DNA of 64,000 nt from Candidatus Kaiserbacteria bacterium (GTDB lineage Bacteria > Patescibacteriota > Minisyncoccia > Phycocordibacterales > UBA2100): contig JALWOZ010000030.1 in NCBI GenBank assembly GCA_027083345.1, positions 977-64,976 on the forward strand, written 5' to 3'. Shown piece after piece: positions 10,713 through 20,412 of this stretch. The position numbers were made by a program, and so were the translations under genes. The notes under the pieces are model-generated. The model saw nothing but the letters and a program-made list of their open reading frames with translations, did not search any database and was not told where the DNA came from. Numbering within the stretch: the first letter of the stretch is position 1; each line of letters opens with the position of its first letter.

Positions 10713-10841
10713 CTTGAATAATATCTTAAATAATATTTATATAAATATTATCATATATAATTTAGCTAATTGACATACTTGTCCACATAAACACTGTGAT
10801 TTATAAAGATATGTTCTATTTTAATAATATACAATAAACAA

Positions 10842-11939
10842 ATGATACGGCAATATAAATTTTATTTAATAATTAGAGATTTCATATATAAATATGCACA
10901 ATATGTTACAGCTGTGTCTTTGTTTTTTGGATTTATTATAGACAATATTATATTACAACGTATAGATAGTCTTTTTACATTTTATATTATCCTATATCAT
11001 TTTAGTGTAATTACTCTTGGAATCTTATTGATTCATGCATTAGAAAATAAAAAGAATAAAAACAGATATTTAAAATGGATTCATTTAGCATTAGAAGTTA
11101 TTATACCATTTTCATTTGGCGCTTTATTTAGTGGATTTTTTATCTTCTATTCTCAAAGTGCAGGTTCTATAATCTCATGGATATTCTTAATTATATTGAT
11201 GCTATTTATGATAAGTACAGAATATTACAAAAAACATTATCTAAATATACTTGTACAAATAACCCTTTGGTACTTTACACTAATAACTTTTTTGAACCTA
11301 TATCTACCAATAATTTTAGCACGCATAAATACTTACGTATTTCTATTAGGGGGAGTATTATCTTTATTAGGGGCATGGGGCTACTTAAGTGTATTAAAGC
11401 ACATTGAACCTGGTGTATACAACAAATATTCTAAAAAACTAATATGTAATATTATAGTAGTGTTTGGATTGGTAAACATATTATACTTTACTAACATTAT
11501 CCCTCCAATACCACTCTCCGTGCAAAATGCCGGGGCCTACTATTTAGTAGTACATAAAGGAGATAAGTACTCTCTATACACAGAGCAATTACCTTGGTTC
11601 TCTATTAAAAAATATATTCCAACTACTATATATTTAAAACCTGGCAACGCTGTGTACATCTTCTCGTCTGTATTTGCTCCTACAAAACTCTCTACAAAAA
11701 TATATCACCAATGGCAATACAAAGATAACAATGGCAGATGGCAAACGGCATCTACAATAGAGTTCCCCATCGTGGGTGGGCGCGCATCTGGCTACCGCGG
11801 ATATACGATGAAGAAGAATGTGTGGGACGGAGCGTGGCGCGTGCGCATTATCACAGAGCGCGAGCAAGTAATAGGCACAACGTATTTCACAATAAAGATA
11901 ACCAATGTACAGCCTAAGTTAATAAATGTTATTTACTAG
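10842..11939 (+). CDS. DUF2914-like domain membrane protein
   Basis: About 7 TM helices, then HQW...GGRASGYRGYTMK...GAWRVRI beta domain. Confidence 0.75.
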   Translation: MIRQYKFYLIIRDFIYKYAQYVTAVSLFFGFIIDNIILQRIDSLFTFYIILYHFSVITLGILLIHALENKKNKNRYLKWIHLALEVIIPFSFGALFSGFFIFYSQSAGSIISWIFLIILMLFMISTEYYKKHYLNILVQITLWYFTLITFLNLYLPIILARINTYVFLLGGVLSLLGAWGYLSVLKHIEPGVYNKYSKKLICNIIVVFGLVNILYFTNIIPPIPLSVQNAGAYYLVVHKGDKYSLYTEQLPWFSIKKYIPTTIYLKPGNAVYIFSSVFAPTKLSTKIYHQWQYKDNNGRWQTASTIEFPIVGGRASGYRGYTMKKNVWDGAWRVRIITEREQVIGTTYFTIKITNVQPKLINVIY

Positions 11940-12010
11940 CTGCCAGACTAGGATTCGAACCTAGATAGCGGGAACCAAAATCCCGAGTCCTACCATTAGA
12001 CGATCTGGCA
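11940..12010 (-). tRNA. tRNA-Gln(TTG)
   Basis: TGCCAGA/TCTGGCA acceptor stem, anticodon arm CGGGA-TTTTGGT-TCCCG, T arm GGTTCGAATCC. Confidence 0.95.
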
Positions 12011-12084
12011 GTACTTCGCCACGTCAGACGTGGCTACGAACTGTGCAACAATAAGGTTGCACGCACTTTATACCATTTTTTAAA

Positions 12085-13071
12085 CTACTTTTCTACCCCT
12101 AATAACTCCAAAACCTTCTTGGCATCATGCCTTAGGAGTGAGCGCTTTACTGTGTCTGCATTATCTCTATTTACCTTTACAGACTCGGCTAATAAATCTT
12201 CTCCTATGAACTCTACGCCACTAACCTCAAACTCTGTAATATTCCCCAACTCAACCATCTCTCCTTTTTCTTTTTTTATAAGCTCTTGCAATTCTTGTGT
12301 AACACTCATATTGGTATTGTATAGCACCGTCTCTGGCAGGAAGCCATTAGAAAGTCTTTGCATCTCTTTAAGAAACTCAGCAACACTAAACCCCGTAGTA
12401 TGCCCCTCTTTAGTTAGGAGGTTGACAACTATTACCTTACGAGCCCTACTCTCCGCTAATACCTCTGCCATACCCGGCACAATAAGGTTGGGTATTATAG
12501 AGCAGTAGAAGTTGCCGGGTGCTATTATAATAATATCTGCATCTAATATTGCTTTTTTCGCTCGTGGATTAAGAGTTGGACTGTCAGTGAGCTTAATATC
12601 TGTATAACCCTGAATATATCTATTATCTATAACTCCCTCTCCATGCACCACCTCTCCATTTGGCATAGTAACCTGCAAGTGATGCTTACTTAATGTAACA
12701 GGATATATCCTACCGCAAACATTAAGTATCTTACCTGCCTGCCTTATAGCCTCCTCCAGCGAGCCTGTGATCTTCTCTAAAGTAGATAATAAAAGATTAC
12801 CAAAAGTATGGCCCATCATAGTACCAACATCATATCTATATGTAAAAAGTTCTCTGAGCATCTCCGGAGAGCGCGAGAGTGCCACGAGTACTTGCCTCAC
12901 ATCTCCTGCGGGGAGCACCCCCATATCGACTCGAAGTTTACCAGTAGAGCCTCCTGAATCACTCATTGCAACAATTGCAGACACTTCTACATTAGGTAAC
13001 TCTTTAAGCTCAGTAAGCAAAGTAAACGAACCTGTACCACCTCCAATTGTTACTATTTTCTTTTTACTCAT
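12085..13071 (-). CDS. yvcK: YvcK/GlmR-family (UPF0052/CofD-like) protein
   Basis: IGGGTG, DSGGSTGKLR, GDVRQ, GHTFGNL, RHD near C-terminus. Confidence 0.9.
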   Translation of the reverse strand: MSKKKIVTIGGGTGSFTLLTELKELPNVEVSAIVAMSDSGGSTGKLRVDMGVLPAGDVRQVLVALSRSPEMLRELFTYRYDVGTMMGHTFGNLLLSTLEKITGSLEEAIRQAGKILNVCGRIYPVTLSKHHLQVTMPNGEVVHGEGVIDNRYIQGYTDIKLTDSPTLNPRAKKAILDADIIIIAPGNFYCSIIPNLIVPGMAEVLAESRARKVIVVNLLTKEGHTTGFSVAEFLKEMQRLSNGFLPETVLYNTNMSVTQELQELIKKEKGEMVELGNITEFEVSGVEFIGEDLLAESVKVNRDNADTVKRSLLRHDAKKVLELLGVEK

Positions 13072-13072
13072 A

Positions 13073-13708
13073 TTATCTCAGCTCCCCTAAATGCGCATCA
13101 TCATTCCATTGTTTAAGGTAGAATTTACCACTATCGTCTATTGTAATATGCGTAATACCTGTATTAGCCATATGCATACTATACACTGCACTTAATGCTC
13201 CATTAGCACTAAGTGTCTTACCTACAAGCATGTGAGTTATAAAAAATCTTAAGAAAAAACCATGAGACACTACCAAAATATACTCCTCTGGCATATTCCT
13301 CAGAGTCTCATAAAAGTCGCTAGAGCGCTTAAGCATATCTGCGTATGACTCTGCCTGATCACTATACTCTCTACCTTCTACCCAACCCTTTTCTATATTT
13401 AATACAATATCCTTAATCTTTGGATCGTGCCTATCTTGACCAATTACTCTCTCTGGCAACACTCTCTCGTGTATCATGGGAAGTTCACTCACCTCTAAAC
13501 CTTTAGCATCTGCGATTATCCGTGCTGTGTCTTGAGCTCGCTTATATGTACTTGAGTATATAACATCAACCCTTTCATCTTTAAATCTCTTAGCTGTTAT
13601 AGTAGCCTGCCCTACACCCTTTGGGGTTAGATGACTATCTGGCCCTCTGCGCAAATTATCTACATTATCCATACTCTCACCGTGTCTGACCAAATAAATA
13701 TATTTCAT
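13073..13708 (-). CDS. Histidine phosphatase (phosphoglycerate mutase-like) family protein
   Basis: LVRHGES, SSTYKRAQDTA, VVSHG. Confidence 0.92.
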   Translation of the reverse strand: MKYIYLVRHGESMDNVDNLRRGPDSHLTPKGVGQATITAKRFKDERVDVIYSSTYKRAQDTARIIADAKGLEVSELPMIHERVLPERVIGQDRHDPKIKDIVLNIEKGWVEGREYSDQAESYADMLKRSSDFYETLRNMPEEYILVVSHGFFLRFFITHMLVGKTLSANGALSAVYSMHMANTGITHITIDDSGKFYLKQWNDDAHLGELR

Positions 13709-13709
13709 A

Positions 13710-14747
13710 TTACTCTGCAGTTACCCTTATAATAGCAAGCTCGAGTGGCAAATGCTTTATGCTTACACTACGCATACTATCCCTAGCAGACAACAACTCT
13801 AACACAGCATTAGAAGTTAAATGTGATGGTTGTATATCAGCAAGAGTCTTAAGCTCTACTAAATCATCTTTACCAAATTGCAAAGCAAGATCTTGCTCTG
13901 CACGAGAACCTCCATGCTTAAGGATGAGTACTGCTCTAGCTCTATCTAAAAGCAACTCCGTAGCAAGTATTGTGTCTACTCCAGACTCTACTAATGTACT
14001 CACGGCATCAAGAGCTTGCTTTGTAGAGTTATTCACGAATCCAGATAAAATATCGTTAAGTATAGCTCCCCGCGGTGCGCCTGTGATACTCTCAACCTCG
14101 TCTATGAGCACAGTCTTACTCTTAACTCCAGCTAATACCTTTTGCAAAATCGATATACCATCACGGAAGGAGCCATTAGCAATAGTGGCAATAAGATCGT
14201 CTGCCCCATCGCCAAATTTATAACCCTCACGCTCTGCAATACTCTTTACCACCTTGGCAACGTCAGCTCTACTAGGACTCTTTAAAGAGTAGACTTGGGC
14301 TCTTGAGTGGATTGTGGCAGGCAACTTCTCTGGCTCGGTAGTAGCCAACACAAAAACACAATAGCTAGGTGGCTCCTCAAGTGTCTTGAGAAGTGCATTA
14401 AAGGCGCTTTTAGAGAGCATGTGCGCCTCGTCTAATATATACACCTTATACCCTCCCTCAAATGGCAAAGTTGCCACAGACTCACGCAAATCTCTAATAT
14501 CCTCTACAGAGTTATTGCTTGCGGCATCTAACTCATAAATGTCTTTAGAGCTCACCCCGAGCTCTTTGGCGAAGATCCTAGCAAGGGTTGTCTTCCCTAC
14601 TCCGCGCGTACCACTAAAAATATATGCATGCGCAGGGTTCTTCTCCCTAACTGCCTTTTGTAAGGCAGATACAACATTACTTTGCCCCACCACCTCTTTA
14701 AAGCTCTCTGGTCTATACTTACTGTATAATGCTACATTGTCATTCAT
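13710..14747 (-). CDS. dnaX: DNA polymerase III subunit gamma/tau (short form)
   Basis: KYRPESF, GTRGVGKTT, ELDAASN, ILDEAHML, FNALLKTLEEPP. Confidence 0.95.
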   Translation of the reverse strand: MNDNVALYSKYRPESFKEVVGQSNVVSALQKAVREKNPAHAYIFSGTRGVGKTTLARIFAKELGVSSKDIYELDAASNNSVEDIRDLRESVATLPFEGGYKVYILDEAHMLSKSAFNALLKTLEEPPSYCVFVLATTEPEKLPATIHSRAQVYSLKSPSRADVAKVVKSIAEREGYKFGDGADDLIATIANGSFRDGISILQKVLAGVKSKTVLIDEVESITGAPRGAILNDILSGFVNNSTKQALDAVSTLVESGVDTILATELLLDRARAVLILKHGGSRAEQDLALQFGKDDLVELKTLADIQPSHLTSNAVLELLSARDSMRSVSIKHLPLELAIIRVTAE

Positions 14748-14780
14748 TATTAGCATTATAACAGAGTATACATATAAAAT

Positions 14781-14923
14781 AAAAACACCCCAAGAGAGGT
14801 GTGTAAGAGTGGGACAAGGGGGAACTCAAGCGCTGGAGGAAACGCGAGCTCGCTCCCTCATCCCTGTGAGTGGTGCCAACGGCAACACCACTCACATCAA
14901 ATAGGGGCCAGGTTCCCCTATTT
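14781..14923 (-). ncRNA. Unidentified structured RNA candidate (three hairpins plus terminator-like end)
   Basis: GC-rich hairpins in an AT-rich intergenic region; G-U pairs favour the minus strand; ends in a stem plus T-run. Confidence 0.45.
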
Positions 14924-14979
14924 GAATTTTTATCCAAATACTTTATACCAACAAACTATTTAAAAGTAAAGCACATAAA

Positions 14980-16089
14980 TTATCTATTATCCAACAATAG
15001 CATAATAGCCTCCTCTGGAGACTCTGTAGCCATAAGTTGTTTACGCAAATCCTTAGCGCCGTCCCAACCATTAATATATGCCTTAAAATGCTTCTTCATC
15101 ACATGATAACCTTTATACTTTGGTTTAAGTAAGAACTCGTCAAAAAGCTCTATGTGCTCTATAAGCATTTTTATCTTTTTATTTTTTACTGCACTACTCC
15201 TAGTGAAGACACCTTCTGTAGGTTCACCATAACGAAACAACTTCTTAAATCCGAGGAAGTGGGCGGCTAGAGGTAGAAAGTTTAAGAAGTTTGTTTTGTT
15301 GTGGTGAGAGTTACAAGAACTAAAAAAGTCCGGAGTACCAAAAGAAGCACGTCCCACCATTATACCCTCACAACCATATTTATCTGCAAGCTCTTTGCCA
15401 TGCTTAACACTCTCTACATCCCCATTACCTATTATTATAGTATTTGGAGAGATTTTATCTCGCATTTTCACTATCTCTTTCATTAAGCTCCAATTTGCCG
15501 GAACTTTACTAAATTGACTACGCGTACGCAAATGTATTGTAAGTGCGTCTGGCTTTTCTTTTAAGATCTTAGTCAGCCAACCTTGCATCTCATCAACACT
15601 ATTATATCCAACTCTAGTTTTAACAGATAAAGCTAAATTTGGCGCACCTTTTCGTACTGCTCTTATGAGCTCTACTGCAAGCTCTGGATGTTTTATAAGT
15701 GCTGCGCCAGATATTTGTTTTATCACCGCATTAACAGGACAACCCATATTAATGTCTACTCCATCAAACCCAAGATCTTGCACTAGGCGAGCGGCATCCT
15801 CCATCCTCTTTGGGTTGCTGTTATATATTTGTGCAACTATTGGTCGTTGACCCTCTGTATAACTAAGCTTGGCACGCAACTTCTCCTGAGCGCGCACATC
15901 TCCAAAGGCCAAACCATCTGACGGCGTAAACTCTGTAAACATCACAAAGTCGCCAGGGGACCCCTGGCGACTTTGTTTAGAATACCTCGCAACCGTCTCC
16001 CTAAAAGCAATGTCGGTAACATCCTCCATGGGCGCCAGACAGAAAAAAGGCTTGTGCTTATATGCTGATTCTTGCCAAAAGTTTGTCAT
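14980..16089 (-). CDS. dus: tRNA-dihydrouridine synthase
   Basis: LAPMEDVTD, VDINMGCP, SVKTRVG, TIHLRT, GNGDV, MVGR; start set at MTNFW. Confidence 0.93.
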   Translation of the reverse strand: MTNFWQESAYKHKPFFCLAPMEDVTDIAFRETVARYSKQSRQGSPGDFVMFTEFTPSDGLAFGDVRAQEKLRAKLSYTEGQRPIVAQIYNSNPKRMEDAARLVQDLGFDGVDINMGCPVNAVIKQISGAALIKHPELAVELIRAVRKGAPNLALSVKTRVGYNSVDEMQGWLTKILKEKPDALTIHLRTRSQFSKVPANWSLMKEIVKMRDKISPNTIIIGNGDVESVKHGKELADKYGCEGIMVGRASFGTPDFFSSCNSHHNKTNFLNFLPLAAHFLGFKKLFRYGEPTEGVFTRSSAVKNKKIKMLIEHIELFDEFLLKPKYKGYHVMKKHFKAYINGWDGAKDLRKQLMATESPEEAIMLLLDNR

Positions 16090-16142
16090 AATTTTGTAAA
16101 ATACTATCAGTTTCAAACATAATATGCTAGTATTTTGAAGCA

Positions 16143-17399
16143 ATGACTGTAGACACAACATTGGTATATATATTACTGTATATTTCGCTCTATTTTGAGG
16201 TTTTTTTGTTAACTTCTTTTATTACTTATAAAAAACAACAAAAACACTCAAATAAACAATCGCGTAATAAGTTACCCACTGCCACAATCATAGTGCCATG
16301 CTATAATGAGGAGAAGACATTAGGAGGTACCCTCGATTCATTACTTGCATTAGACTATCCTAAAGATAAACTAAAGATAGCGGTAGTCAATGACGGTTCT
16401 AAAGACAAAACTCAGCAAATAGCTGAATATTTTGCAACACGGCACTCTCAAATTAAAGTACTGAACAAGAAAAATGGAGGTAAGGCCAGTGCCATGAACT
16501 TAGCTCTTAAACATTGCAACACTGAGCTTGTAGGATGTCTCGACGCAGACTCTTTTGTAGAGCCAAATGCACTACTACTTATGACTAAACATTTTATGCA
16601 CGACTCAAACATAAGTGCCGTAACTCCAGCCATAATGGTACACAAGCCCAAAAACATACTACAATTAATGCAACGAGCAGAGTACATGGTAGGAGTGTTC
16701 ATGAGGCGCGCTTTTGATATGCTAGACGCTATTGTTGTAACTCCTGGCCCTTTTACTATATTCCGTAGGGAACATATATTATCTATAAGCAATAATGGCA
16801 CAAACGTATGGAGACATGCACATGGCACAGAGGACTATGAAATGGGGTTAAGACTACAGCATAATCATAAAAAGATAGCAAACGAACCCATGGCTAAAGT
16901 ACTTACAATCTCTCCTAAAACTCTATATGCTCTATATAGACAAAGGATACGTTGGGTATATGGCTTTCTCATGAACACAATAGACTACAGACACATGATA
17001 GGTAATAAGCGCTATGGTAATGTTGGTTTATTTGTATTGCCTTTTGCTTTAATAAGTGTGGTGGGTGCTACTACACTATTTGGCATATTAATATATAAAA
17101 CTATTAATTCTCTAATAGACTTTTACACTAGAGTAAGTACAGTAGGCATAAGCTGGAGCATGTTTAATATTGAGTGGTTTTATATAAACACCAGCACCTC
17201 AATATTCATTATGTTAACTCTTCTATCTATCATTTTTACCATTTTGTATTACTCAGCCCAAATGTCTAAAACTAAAGTCCGCATATTAGATACATTAGTA
17301 TACATACTCCTTTATGGGTTTATATCTCCTTTATGGCTCACAGGGGCAACGGCCAGAGCCATTACAAAATCTGAGTCTAAGTGGCGTGTTATAAGATAA
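16143..17399 (+). CDS. GT2 processive glycosyltransferase (PgaC/IcaA/cellulose-synthase-like)
   Basis: VPCYNEE, DGSKD, GGKASAMN, DADS, TED, QRIRW (QxxRW), flanking TM helices. Confidence 0.92.
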   Translation: MTVDTTLVYILLYISLYFEVFLLTSFITYKKQQKHSNKQSRNKLPTATIIVPCYNEEKTLGGTLDSLLALDYPKDKLKIAVVNDGSKDKTQQIAEYFATRHSQIKVLNKKNGGKASAMNLALKHCNTELVGCLDADSFVEPNALLLMTKHFMHDSNISAVTPAIMVHKPKNILQLMQRAEYMVGVFMRRAFDMLDAIVVTPGPFTIFRREHILSISNNGTNVWRHAHGTEDYEMGLRLQHNHKKIANEPMAKVLTISPKTLYALYRQRIRWVYGFLMNTIDYRHMIGNKRYGNVGLFVLPFALISVVGATTLFGILIYKTINSLIDFYTRVSTVGISWSMFNIEWFYINTSTSIFIMLTLLSIIFTILYYSAQMSKTKVRILDTLVYILLYGFISPLWLTGATARAITKSESKWRVIR

Positions 17400-17409
17400 A
17401 TTAGTTAAT

Positions 17410-18090
17410 ATGAATTACAAACGATATTTATGGTCATTCTTAATAACCAGTACTATATTTGCAACTGCAATAGTCATAAGCAATAAACTAAATGAAGCAA
17501 AATTAGGACAAGTACGAGCAATGGAAGATAAAATGAGCATAGACATACTCTCATTAGAAACACAATTTGACCTACTACAAGAGCTATCATGTACACAAAT
17601 AAGTAATAATTCTATACTCTCTAGTGAGTTATCTAACCTTGCTCATAAACTATCTTACATGGAGAGCCAAAGAGGGACGAGTGATGCTGAAGTCATAAGG
17701 TTAAAAAGAAAGTATTCATTACTACAAATAAAAGACTTACTACTAATACAGAAAATATCTGCCAAATGTGGCACAGAACCTACCGTTATACTCTACTTTT
17801 ACTCTAATGCTGGAGATTGTAAAGATTGTACAAAACAAGGCTACGTCTTAACCAAATTAGGAGACGAACATAACTCTCTACGAGTATACTCTTTTGACGC
17901 TAATCTTGATATGACAGCATTGAATACTTTATTAAAAATCCACAACATAGGTAAAACTTACCCCTCACTAGTCATAAATGGAGAAACCTATAAAGGCTTT
18001 AAGAGTTTGGATGAAATACAAAAACTATTACCTCAACTCTCTGATACAGACACTTCTACAAGCTCTAAAAAGGTTGAGCAAGATAGGTAA
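17410..18090 (+). CDS. Membrane-anchored protein with C-terminal thioredoxin-like CxxC domain
   Basis: N-terminal TM, coiled coil, ILYFYS...CKDC...YPSLVING. Confidence 0.65.
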   Translation: MNYKRYLWSFLITSTIFATAIVISNKLNEAKLGQVRAMEDKMSIDILSLETQFDLLQELSCTQISNNSILSSELSNLAHKLSYMESQRGTSDAEVIRLKRKYSLLQIKDLLLIQKISAKCGTEPTVILYFYSNAGDCKDCTKQGYVLTKLGDEHNSLRVYSFDANLDMTALNTLLKIHNIGKTYPSLVINGETYKGFKSLDEIQKLLPQLSDTDTSTSSKKVEQDR

Positions 18091-18103
18091 TTGAAATAAC
18101 GAA

Positions 18104-18178
18104 CTTTGAGCCAGAAATCGGACTCGAACCGATGACCTACCCAACTTAACTAATGCCAAAGCGGTTGCTCTGAGCTAT
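18104..18178 (-). pseudogene. Degenerate tandem copy of tRNA-Thr(TGT)
   Basis: 18104-18141 identical to 18198-18235; anticodon loop replaced and D arm partly deleted. Confidence 0.8.
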
Positions 18179-18202
18179 GAGATTTCGCGTTAGCGTGCTT
18201 TG

Positions 18203-18275
18203 AGCCAGAAATCGGACTCGAACCGATGACCTACCGCTTACAAAGCGGTTGCTCTACCAACTGAGCTATTCTGGC
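18203..18275 (-). tRNA. tRNA-Thr(TGT)
   Basis: GCCAGAATAGCTCAGTTGGTAGAGC...CCGCTTTGTAAGCGG...GGTTCGAGTCC...TTCTGGCT. Confidence 0.96.
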
Positions 18276-18292
18276 TGATGCGCGTAATACTA

Positions 18293-18700
18293 CTACAATT
18301 TATTATCTTCGGCAACCTTCTCTGTGTCTAATGAGTCTTTGTACTCTTGAACATCTTTTAGATACCCATTCTGCTCTCTTAGTGAATCGCCATTTTGTTT
18401 GGCTACCGCACTTTTATGTGCAACTGATCGTGCTCTCCACTCTATCTTCTTTGCTATACTAGCCGTAATCTTAGCAAACTTATGGGCTAAAATATTATAC
18501 ACATAAGAGACAAGATGCTTGGCGTTCTCTAAATTAATCATATTAATACAAGTCTTCTCTATTTGGATAATCTTATTATCTAACGCCTCACGCCTCTCTC
18601 TGGCAAAGATAACACTATCCTTATGTAACTCTATACTCTTAAGAGTAAATAAAGCTATCACACCCAATAATGCTAATATAAATACAATAAACGACATCAT
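18293..18700 (-). CDS. Hypothetical membrane-anchored protein
   Basis: N-terminal TM helix, 135 aa, host-like composition. Confidence 0.7.
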   Translation of the reverse strand: MMSFIVFILALLGVIALFTLKSIELHKDSVIFARERREALDNKIIQIEKTCINMINLENAKHLVSYVYNILAHKFAKITASIAKKIEWRARSVAHKSAVAKQNGDSLREQNGYLKDVQEYKDSLDTEKVAEDNKL

Positions 18701-18728
18701 ATACTGCTATTATAACACAATAGTTAAC

Positions 18729-19298
18729 CTATGCAGAAAATCTTTCCATACGAGTTATCTCCACTCTCTCTCCAAACTTTTGAGTAGCATCTTTTACCAA
18801 CTGCCCTATGGTCTTGTCTGCATCTTTAACAAAAGATTGTTCTGTTAGAACCTTCTCTTTAAGATAAGAATTCATTTTGCCTTCTACTATCTTCTCCCTC
18901 ATGTCCTCTGGTTTATCTTTAGCCTCGTCTATAAAAACTTCTTTGGCAGCTGATATATCCTCCTCTTTAACACTCTCCTTATTTAAAAACATTGGAGCCA
19001 TAGCTGCTACATGCATAGCCATATCATATGCCAAAGATTTAAACTCCTCATTTTTAGCAACAAAGTCTGTCTCACATGAGAGTACCACGACTCCGGCAAC
19101 ACTACCTCCTTGGTGTAAATATACCCCTACAGTACCCGCACCTAAATCTCTATCACCTTTTTTATCTGCTACTTGTGCGCTTATTTTGCGTAAGAGTACC
19201 TTAGCCTTCTCTATATCTCCTCCAGCCTCCTCTAATGCCTTTTTACATTGCATAATAGACACTCCTGTCTCATCTCTTAACTTTTTTATATCATCCAT
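18729..19298 (-). CDS. tsf: Elongation factor Ts (short form)
   Basis: IKKLRDETGVSIMQCKKAL, CETDFVA; follows rpsB. Confidence 0.97.
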   Translation of the reverse strand: MDDIKKLRDETGVSIMQCKKALEEAGGDIEKAKVLLRKISAQVADKKGDRDLGAGTVGVYLHQGGSVAGVVVLSCETDFVAKNEEFKSLAYDMAMHVAAMAPMFLNKESVKEEDISAAKEVFIDEAKDKPEDMREKIVEGKMNSYLKEKVLTEQSFVKDADKTIGQLVKDATQKFGERVEITRMERFSA

Positions 19299-19312
19299 AA
19301 TACTAATATTAT

Positions 19313-19996
19313 TTACTTAATTGCACTAGCAATCTCTTTAACAAAAAACTCAATGCTCTTTCTAGTTGTGTCGTTAGCCGGTATAGGATATGTAATATTA
19401 GATATATCACAATCATTATTTGCTATAGCTATAACAGGTATACCTAATTGATTAGCCTCAGCTACCCCCTTATTCTCAAATCCCGGATCCACCACAAACA
19501 CCGCCACGGGCAACTTCTTCATAGACAACAATCCGCCAAACTTTTGTTCTAAGTCGGCTATCTCTCTGTCTATCATAAGCCTCTCAAGCTTTGTAAACTT
19601 CTCTAATGCTCCAGACTCCCTATCTGCTATAAGCTTCTCTAATTTGTCTACTCTTTTGCGAATCTCTTTAAAGTTTGTAAGGGTACCTCCTATATAACGA
19701 GTGCATGAATATGGCTGGGCCTTACTCTCTGCTGTGTTACGCATTATATCGCGTGCCTCATTCTTCCCTCCTAAAAATAGTATTTGCCCGTCTGTTTTTG
19801 TGAGCTCAGCCACTGCCTCTTTAGCCTTCTCTAGCATGGCTGCGGTTTTCTCTAGATCAAATATATCGTTCTTGCCTTTTTGCCCGAATATATAGTCAAT
19901 AACACTTGGATGCCTACGACTCCTTGTGTAACTATAATGAGCCCCAGCGTTAAACATATCCTTTATTTTGTCTTTTGTATTTACTGTTGTTGTCAT
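19313..19996 (-). CDS. rpsB: 30S ribosomal protein S2
   Basis: MFNAGAHY, IFDLEKT, RYIGGTLTNF, YPIPAND. Confidence 0.96.
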   Translation of the reverse strand: MTTTVNTKDKIKDMFNAGAHYSYTRSRRHPSVIDYIFGQKGKNDIFDLEKTAAMLEKAKEAVAELTKTDGQILFLGGKNEARDIMRNTAESKAQPYSCTRYIGGTLTNFKEIRKRVDKLEKLIADRESGALEKFTKLERLMIDREIADLEQKFGGLLSMKKLPVAVFVVDPGFENKGVAEANQLGIPVIAIANNDCDISNITYPIPANDTTRKSIEFFVKEIASAIK

Positions 19997-20181
19997 AGCG
20001 CCATATGCTACCAAAAAAGCTCTGCATAAGCAAGTAAAAAATAAAAATATTTAATCCAAGTCAAAACTTGACATCTAACTAAATCTATTGCCTATAATTA
20101 TATTTATGTTAGTATGTTGTCGCCTTGGGTTTGGTCGCACCTTAGGCAATTGTACAAGTCGCGACCGGGAGACCTGCTATA

Positions 20182-20400
20182 ATGAAAAACAAAAGAAAAA
20201 ACTATAGCAGGGAGGCTCCCCACTTTCTCGGGGAAGACTATCTTCTTCTTATAGAAGACGAGGTCCTCAAGAAAGTGGTGGTGTCGTCTATCGTTCATAA
20301 AGAAAACGAAGACGACATCATAGAGCTACTCTTTAAAAAGGGGTACCGACAACAAGACTGGGTATCCCGAGGAGATTGGTGGATTATCACCGTCTCATAA
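20182..20400 (+). CDS. Small hypothetical protein (72 aa)
   Basis: ATG ORF with upstream TTGACA/TATAAT-like boxes and a downstream terminator. Confidence 0.55.
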   Translation: MKNKRKNYSREAPHFLGEDYLLLIEDEVLKKVVVSSIVHKENEDDIIELLFKKGYRQQDWVSRGDWWIITVS

Positions 20401-20412
20401 AGAGATAGCTCT

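Noticed and set aside
14781-14923. Canonical SRP RNA (ffs)
   Set aside because: The conserved CAGG-CCGGAAGG-AGCA helix-8 motif was not found on either strand
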